Below, in pieces: positions 13,514 through 17,607 of a stretch of DNA of 17,607 bases; position 1 is the stretch's first letter; each line of letters starts with the position of its first letter. The position numbers and the translations under genes are program-made. Where the stretch lies: IMG/VR virus record IMGVR_UViG_3300035682_001995, one strand, 5' to 3'. Under the pieces are notes generated by a model that saw only the letters and a program-made list of their open reading frames with translations, was not told where the DNA came from and did no database searches. Source of the stretch: a virus.

Positions 13514-13634
13514 TTCAGCATAGTTATCACAAGTTTGGATATCAAATGCACAGTTACTCCTTGGCCGGACGGTTATGTTTTCTGCAATTCCTTCTAGGTC
13601 TTTTCGCACTGCATTTCTTCTATTACTAGTTGAT

Positions 13635-13774
13635 TGGTGCCCCCGGCCCGATTTGAACGGGCACAGCCTTTCCAGGCCAGCGGATTTCTGTTGGACTATC
13701 AGGATTGAACTGATATGAGCACCTGTTGCTCTTGTCCCTAAGTCCGCGTCGTCTACCGATTCCGACACGGGGGC
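13635..13774 (-). tRNA. tRNA-Leu (anticodon TAG; class II with a long variable arm) with a 51-nt insert between positions 37 and 38 (insert 13686..13736). CCA is encoded.
   Basis: Acceptor: GCCCCCG/CGGGGGC. D-arm: TG-TCG-GAATCGGTAGA-CGA, close to E. coli tRNA-Leu GGCGGAAUUGGUAGACGCG. Anticodon stem: GCGGA...TCCGC, loop CTTAGG + insert + A. Variable arm: GCCT-GGAA-AGGC. T-arm: GCCCG-TTCAAAT-CGGGC. Ends A-CCA. Confidence 0.6.
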
Positions 13775-13886
13775 AAACTCTACTATCTTCATAGTAATAT
13801 AGTATCATAGTTTAGTCAACTGTATAAATATAGGTACGGATCACGATGCGCCAACATCCATCCGCTCTAGACAAGAAAGGAAGATC

Positions 13887-14561
13887 ATGTCCAGCGTAAC
13901 TGATATTTATTCTATCTGCCCCAAGTGTGGCAATAGTTTTGATCCCTATTCCAAATATGGTGCCAAGAAATTCTGTAGCAGAAAATGCGCCAATGCGAGA
14001 ATACATTCACAAGAAGTAAAAGACAAAATTAAATCAAAATTGAAAGGAAGACCTAGCCACAATAAATGATTGCCATCTCCCAACCGTGGAAAAAAATTTG
14101 GATCTAAAAAAGATATAATTAAGATTTGCCCCATTTGTTCTAAATCATTCTCGGCAGCTAGAGTTACCTGTTCGAGAATCTGTTTCAAACAAAGAGCAAC
14201 AGAAAATGCACTCAAACAAGAAAAACATGGAGGAGGACACAAGGGCAAATACAAAGGATTTCATTGTGATAGTACATATGAACTAGCCTTTGTGATTTGG
14301 CATTTGGATCATAATATTGAGATTGCTAGATCAACTTCTGTGTATGATTACACCTACAAGAACAAAAAACACAAATATCGTCCTGATTTTGTAGTGGAAG
14401 GTGTGGAAATTGAAATCAAGGGATTTATGAGCAAGAGAGCTCAAGCCAAAAAGGATCAATGTCCCAATGTTATGGTAGTGGATAAGATAGACATACAAGT
14501 CTACATCAAGTATGTTCGCGAAACATACAAAGTAAGAGACCTGCGGAAGTTGTATGAATGA
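13887..14561 (+). pseudogene. Homing-endonuclease-like gene: tandem zinc ribbons plus a NUMOD-like motif plus a PD-(D/E)xK nuclease domain. It is split by an in-frame TGA at 14067-14069.
   Basis: Track ORFs 13887..14069 and 14070..14561 are in the same frame (...GRPSHNK*LPSPNRGKK...). Duplicated CPKCGNSF...CSRKC and CPICSKSF...CSRIC ribbons. NUMOD-like HSQEVKDKIKSKLKG. YRPDFVVEGVEIEIKG fits the PD...ExK pattern. SD AAAGGAAG lies upstream of the ATG at 13887. Confidence 0.5.
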
Positions 14562-14588
14562 TCACAGTAACATAATACTGCAAAGAAT

Positions 14589-14663
14589 TGGAAGGGGTGC
14601 CTCGATTTGAACGAGGACTAAAAGATTCAAAATCTTTTGTGCTAACCATTACACTACACCCCC
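14589..14663 (-). tRNA. tRNA-Gln (anticodon TTG). No insert. CCA is encoded.
   Basis: Acceptor: GGGGGTG/CACCCCT (G1-U72). D-arm: GTGT-AATGGTTA-GCAC. Anticodon arm: AAAGA-TTTTGAA-TCTTT. T-arm: CCTCG-TTCAAAT-CGAGG. Ends T-CCA. It sits 12 nt downstream of tRNA-Leu(CAG) on the minus strand, so the two are probably co-transcribed. Confidence 0.8.
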
Positions 14664-14675
14664 GTGGTATATTTT

Positions 14676-14813
14676 TGGTGCCCGAAGCCAGATTTGAACT
14701 GGCATTGTCTTTCAACAAACGGTTTTTGTTTAGGCTATTGGGAGTGACCCAACAAGGGTATCAAAATACCTTGCCTCTGAGACCGTCGCGTCTACCGATT
14801 CCGCCATTCGGGC
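14676..14813 (-). tRNA. tRNA-Leu (anticodon CAG; class II) with a 51-nt insert between positions 37 and 38 (insert 14725..14775). CCA is encoded.
   Basis: Acceptor: GCCCGAA/TTCGGGC. D-arm: TG-GCG-GAATCGGTAGA-CGC. Anticodon stem: ACGGT...ACCGT, loop CTCAGA + insert + A. Variable arm: TTGT-TGAAAG-ACAA. T-arm: GCCAG-TTCAAAT-CTGGC. Ends A-CCA. Confidence 0.6.
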
Positions 14814-14942
14814 AATCTTCAAACAAACCTTGCTGTCACATACTATCTGCTGTTGATAAACATAATATACAGCCTAGAGCCACCAATGTCAACCCACTAT
14901 TCCTGGCTTTTAACAAGGGTGTTCTTATTGTAAGCGTTGGGT

Positions 14943-15263
14943 TTATTGATCCAAATAATATTGTGCAAGAGTTTCAAACTCTTTGATGGTTTTGCCCATG
15001 TGTTTCATGAACACAGCATTAAGCCATTTGCGGTTGGTAGCCTTGTGTTCAAGATTGTGAGTTTTCACCAACTGAGATAATTCTGGATTCTTTTTTATGA
15101 GATTGTCCATGTGATCTTCCAGTGAGTCACTGTTGCTGCCATCAGAGTCTTCATGGGCCAAATAGTCGCGTATCAGGGTCACCAGTTGTTTTTCCAGGTC
15201 TTCCTGGGTGTGGGTATTGGCTTGTTCAACCAGCAACATGAGTTTGCGCATATCGTGTATCAT
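14943..15263 (-). CDS. Hypothetical acidic protein (106 aa).
   Basis: Track ORF, divergent from the methyltransferase gene. No clear SD and no recognisable motif. Confidence 0.4.
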   Translation of the reverse strand: MIHDMRKLMLLVEQANTHTQEDLEKQLVTLIRDYLAHEDSDGSNSDSLEDHMDNLIKKNPELSQLVKTHNLEHKATNRKWLNAVFMKHMGKTIKEFETLAQYYLDQ

Positions 15264-15330
15264 GATTTTATTTATACTCTACTACATTCCAGATAAGTAA
15301 TGCACAAGTAATGACTTTCAAGGAGAACAT

Positions 15331-15891
15331 ATGGACCATTTTTATCAAAACATTCATGGTTGGATGGATTATGAAAATCTTTATCAACAGATGGTTAAGG
15401 CTGCTCCAGAAACTTCTTGGTTTGTAGAGGTGGGTTCCTGGAAAGGCAAAAGTGCAGCTTTCATGTGTGTGGAAATTGCCAACAGTGGCAAAACAATCAG
15501 ATTTGATTGTGTGGATACCTGGCAGGGCAGTGCTTGTCACCAATTGGGTGGCATATTTCAGGATGAGGATTGTGTGCATAACCGACTGCTGCAAAAATTC
15601 CAGGAGAATTTGATCTCTGTACAGCACATGTTCACTGCGGTTCAATTGCCTAGTTTACAGGCTGCAAAATTATACAAAGATTCAAGTTTGGATTTTGTGT
15701 TTATTGATGCTGATCATGAATATGAAAGCATTGTGGCTGACATAGAGGCGTGGTTACCCAAGGTCAAGGCAGGTGGTTATATTGCTGGTCATGATTATCC
15801 ATACCCACCTGTCAACCTGGCTGTCACTCAATTGTTACCACACGCGCAACCATTTACGGGGGGTTGCTGGATCTATCAAATTCCAACATAG
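15331..15891 (+). CDS. Class I SAM-dependent methyltransferase (Methyltransf_24 / CmcI-like family common in phages).
   Basis: N-terminal FYQNIHGWMDYENLY. FVEVGSWKGKSAAFM is the SAM-binding motif I. LDFVFIDADHEYESIVADIEAWLPKVKAGGYIAGHDY matches the family. AAGGAG sits 5 nt upstream of the ATG. Confidence 0.7.
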   Translation: MDHFYQNIHGWMDYENLYQQMVKAAPETSWFVEVGSWKGKSAAFMCVEIANSGKTIRFDCVDTWQGSACHQLGGIFQDEDCVHNRLLQKFQENLISVQHMFTAVQLPSLQAAKLYKDSSLDFVFIDADHEYESIVADIEAWLPKVKAGGYIAGHDYPYPPVNLAVTQLLPHAQPFTGGCWIYQIPT

Positions 15892-15926
15892 GATTACAAA
15901 TAGGTTGGTTTAACCAACCTATTTGT

Positions 15927-16487
15927 TCAGTTCACAGTTGTTTTGTTTAGATAGCTGTCCACTCTCACAAACACATGTGATCCCAACACAACTCGAGATT
16001 TACTTTTGCTACTCCACACGGGCTTCACATGTTTTTCATGAAAATGTGTGCTGCCCTTGGTGATATCCTGGACTTTGGCGTCAAACAACACAGCATATGC
16101 AATTTGTTGAGCCTGATCCCAGCTCTTTTGCTCCAGCGTGTTTTTATGTTTGTAAACGGTCCAACTGAATTGTGGCCTGCCTCTGGCACCATTTCTTTCA
16201 TACACAACAACACAGGCTGATTGATTTTTGATAGCCATGCGATTTTTCACCACCCAGGCCACACCCTGTTGATTGTTTACACTGGTGCCTCTAGCCTCGT
16301 GATACACATTGAGGCTCACACAAATCAAATCCTTTTGTTGATCTGGGGAGAGATCCTGGGCCTGATCCAGAGTAATCCTGGCATTGTTTGTGCCAAAATT
16401 ATATATGGGATTGGCATGTGCTCTTGTAGGCGTGAGGGCAGTCAACAGGGCAACAACTGCCCCCACCGCCCAATTGCGGATAGCCAT
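15927..16487 (-). CDS. Secreted SleB-like cell-wall hydrolase (Hydrolase_2 family) with an N-terminal signal peptide. Candidate lysis or virion-associated peptidoglycan hydrolase.
   Basis: Signal peptide MAIRNWAVGAVVALLTALTPTRAHA. ICVSLNVYHEARGTSVNNQQGVAWVVKNR and PQFSW / THFHEKHVKPVWS match the SleB motifs (yaEARGE...VAaVVLNR, QFS). AGAGGAG sits 6 nt upstream of the ATG. Confidence 0.75.
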   Translation of the reverse strand: MAIRNWAVGAVVALLTALTPTRAHANPIYNFGTNNARITLDQAQDLSPDQQKDLICVSLNVYHEARGTSVNNQQGVAWVVKNRMAIKNQSACVVVYERNGARGRPQFSWTVYKHKNTLEQKSWDQAQQIAYAVLFDAKVQDITKGSTHFHEKHVKPVWSSKSKSRVVLGSHVFVRVDSYLNKTTVN

Positions 16488-16824
16488 AATAGTCTCCTCT
16501 TTGTTGCGGACCCAGAGCCTATTCTCTGCGCCTGCGTGACTGTGAACCTATTTCCACGTCACAAACAAAACTGCAATCTCTAGTGTAGAGATACATAGTT
16601 TTGATTTGGGATTTGGAGATTCGGGTCGAATCTCGCAGGACCAAACCACAACAAACGGTTTGACCCATTTCCATGCCAATGTAGCATGGAACACAATGAT
16701 ATTTACCTCACTGTGTATAGTATAATTGTAGTTGATATCTTGAGGAAGTCAATATGAAAATTGATGTCAAAATTGTTGTGCGATCACTTAAATATTTCAC
16801 ACAGTAGTAGATAGAGATAGAGAT

Positions 16825-17607
16825 ATGAAATTACAAGATCTTTTTGAACAATCTTTGAATGAAATCAGCATGAGCCCCAGCAGCTTGTATGCCTTTGCCA
16901 ACTCACCACAAGCCAAGGGAATTCTTGTGGGGTTTGAAGCAGAATTGGTGGTGCCCATTCCAGGAGGCATAGGTGATGGTGATCTAGAACATGATTATAG
17001 TAGAGATGAGAAATGCTATGATATCAATCAAATTGTGGAGTTTTTCTCTCAGGGTGATATAGGCTTGACACGACGTGAGGCAGACAAACTACAACAGGTC
17101 ATGGCGGACGAATATAGCGACTGGCTGGGAGAGCAGGTGTATCTCACATACAACGATGTCAAACAAGAACAAATACAAAGACTTGCCCAAGCAGATGGCA
17201 TGAGTCAACAGGAAATAGATCAGATGCTGGATCAAGAATCCAGCAGTGAATATTTCAGGTATGCAGAATCAGTGGAAGATGATGTGCGTGAAGACATATA
17301 TGACACACATAGTGAATACGATTGGTTGAAAAGCCAAGGATATAACCGCATGATTAACATAGAATCAAATTTTGATGTCAGGTGGCCCTTCCTGACGGAA
17401 GGTGGCAATCCTGAAGCCATAGATGATATTGCTTCATCTATTGAAGATGCTCTGGGTATATATGTTATCGCCAGCCATGCTTATCATGGTGCACCTAGAA
17501 CAGCCAACAAATGGATATTGGAGCCTGACAGCAGCATAGTAACACCAGATGACAGCAAATATGGAGGTTTGGAATTGGTGACGCCCAGCCCACCTTTTCC
17601 AGTTGCT
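16825..17607 (+). CDS. Amidoligase-like protein (Amidoligase_2 / glutamine-synthetase-like fold), 3' end outside the window. Acidic.
   Basis: ATG at 16825 and open to the window end (261 codons). GILVGFEAELVVPIPGG and the terminal KYGGLELVTPSPP resemble the two signature motifs (GvEiEf ... ElvSP) of phage amidoligases. A 17-aa ORF with a strong SD precedes it. Confidence 0.45.
   Translation, partial: MKLQDLFEQSLNEISMSPSSLYAFANSPQAKGILVGFEAELVVPIPGGIGDGDLEHDYSRDEKCYDINQIVEFFSQGDIGLTRREADKLQQVMADEYSDWLGEQVYLTYNDVKQEQIQRLAQADGMSQQEIDQMLDQESSSEYFRYAESVEDDVREDIYDTHSEYDWLKSQGYNRMINIESNFDVRWPFLTEGGNPEAIDDIASSIEDALGIYVIASHAYHGAPRTANKWILEPDSSIVTPDDSKYGGLELVTPSPPFPVA

Noticed and set aside
13887-14561. 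In-frame TGA (14067) and TAA (5193) as programmed recoding or alternative genetic code
   Set aside because: TGA, TAA and TAG all terminate well-supported genes in the window. The two internal stops are of different types. No suppressor tRNA is among the five tRNAs. Pseudogenisation of homing endonuclease genes is the simpler explanation.
4434-14813. Canonical archaeal bulge-helix-bulge (BHB) structure around the three tRNA inserts
   Set aside because: I tried pairing loop positions 32-35 with the 4 nt preceding a 3-nt bulge at the 3' junction. The pairs found were 2 of 4 for Leu-TAG, 1 of 4 for Leu-CAG and 0 of 4 for Pro. No BHB is supported, so the inserts are not called archaeal-type introns.
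14588-14986. 132-aa plus-strand ORF, and the minus-strand ORFs 13626..13808 and 14506..14718
   Set aside because: They are read straight through the tRNA-Gln and tRNA-Leu genes. They are artefacts of tRNA sequence.
16615-16643. tRNA-3'-end-like element GAGATTCGGGTCGAATCTCGCAGGACCA (possible attP core)
   Set aside because: The T-stem would have a 5-nt loop or two mismatches. No matching 5' acceptor strand within tRNA distance. No integrase in the window. Probably just a small palindrome (GATTCG-GGT-CGAATC).
1-17607. The whole window as a giant eukaryotic (NCLDV) virus. MVP, PTH2, HSS, tRNA cluster with 37/38 inserts and homing endonucleases initially suggested a chlorovirus-like genome.
   Set aside because: Strong Shine-Dalgarno motifs sit at the right spacing before more than ten starts. 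Near-consensus TTGACA/TATAAT promoters, rho-independent terminators, a bacterial TilS and a SleB peptidoglycan hydrolase are also present. These point to a bacteriophage.
1-17607. CRISPR arrays, rRNA genes, integrase or transposase, large direct repeats
   Set aside because: No spaced direct repeats or rRNA-like sequence found on inspection. The only repeats are short NUMOD motifs inside homing endonuclease genes and tail-fibre coding repeats.

Overview
This window reads as a densely packed segment of a large tailed bacteriophage genome, about 43-46% GC.

The host is bacterial. Nearly every ORF has a Shine-Dalgarno motif (AAGGAG, GAGGAG or AGGAA) 5-10 nt upstream of its ATG. Several near-consensus sigma70-type promoters (TTGACA-N16/17-TATAAT-like) and rho-independent terminator hairpins are visible.

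Recognisable genes:
- a 5'-truncated tail-fibre-like gene (YadA-head-like repeats plus a C-terminal peptidase-S74 intramolecular-chaperone domain)
- a PTH2-type peptidyl-tRNA hydrolase
- an 829-aa major-vault-protein (MVP) homologue
- a TilS catalytic-domain-only gene
- homospermidine synthase
- an Arr-like ADP-ribosyltransferase
- a class I SAM methyltransferase
- a secreted SleB-like cell-wall hydrolase
- the N-terminal part of an amidoligase-like gene
- three homing-endonuclease genes (HNH, GIY-YIG, and a zinc-ribbon + PD-(D/E)xK gene); two of these carry single in-frame stop codons

Five tRNA genes lie on the minus strand: Pro-CGG, Arg-TCT, Leu-TAG, Gln-TTG and Leu-CAG. Each tRNA locus is flanked by a homing endonuclease gene.

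The most unusual observations:
- Three of the five tRNAs (Pro, Leu-TAG, Leu-CAG) carry a 48-51-nt structured insertion exactly between anticodon-loop positions 37 and 38. The three inserts share an architecture. They are too small for group I/II introns and show no bulge-helix-bulge motif, and they sit in a clearly bacterial-type genome.
- The phage carries an MVP/vault homologue.

No CRISPR array, rRNA or integrase was found. All functional calls are by-eye motif recognition and need HMM or structure confirmation.
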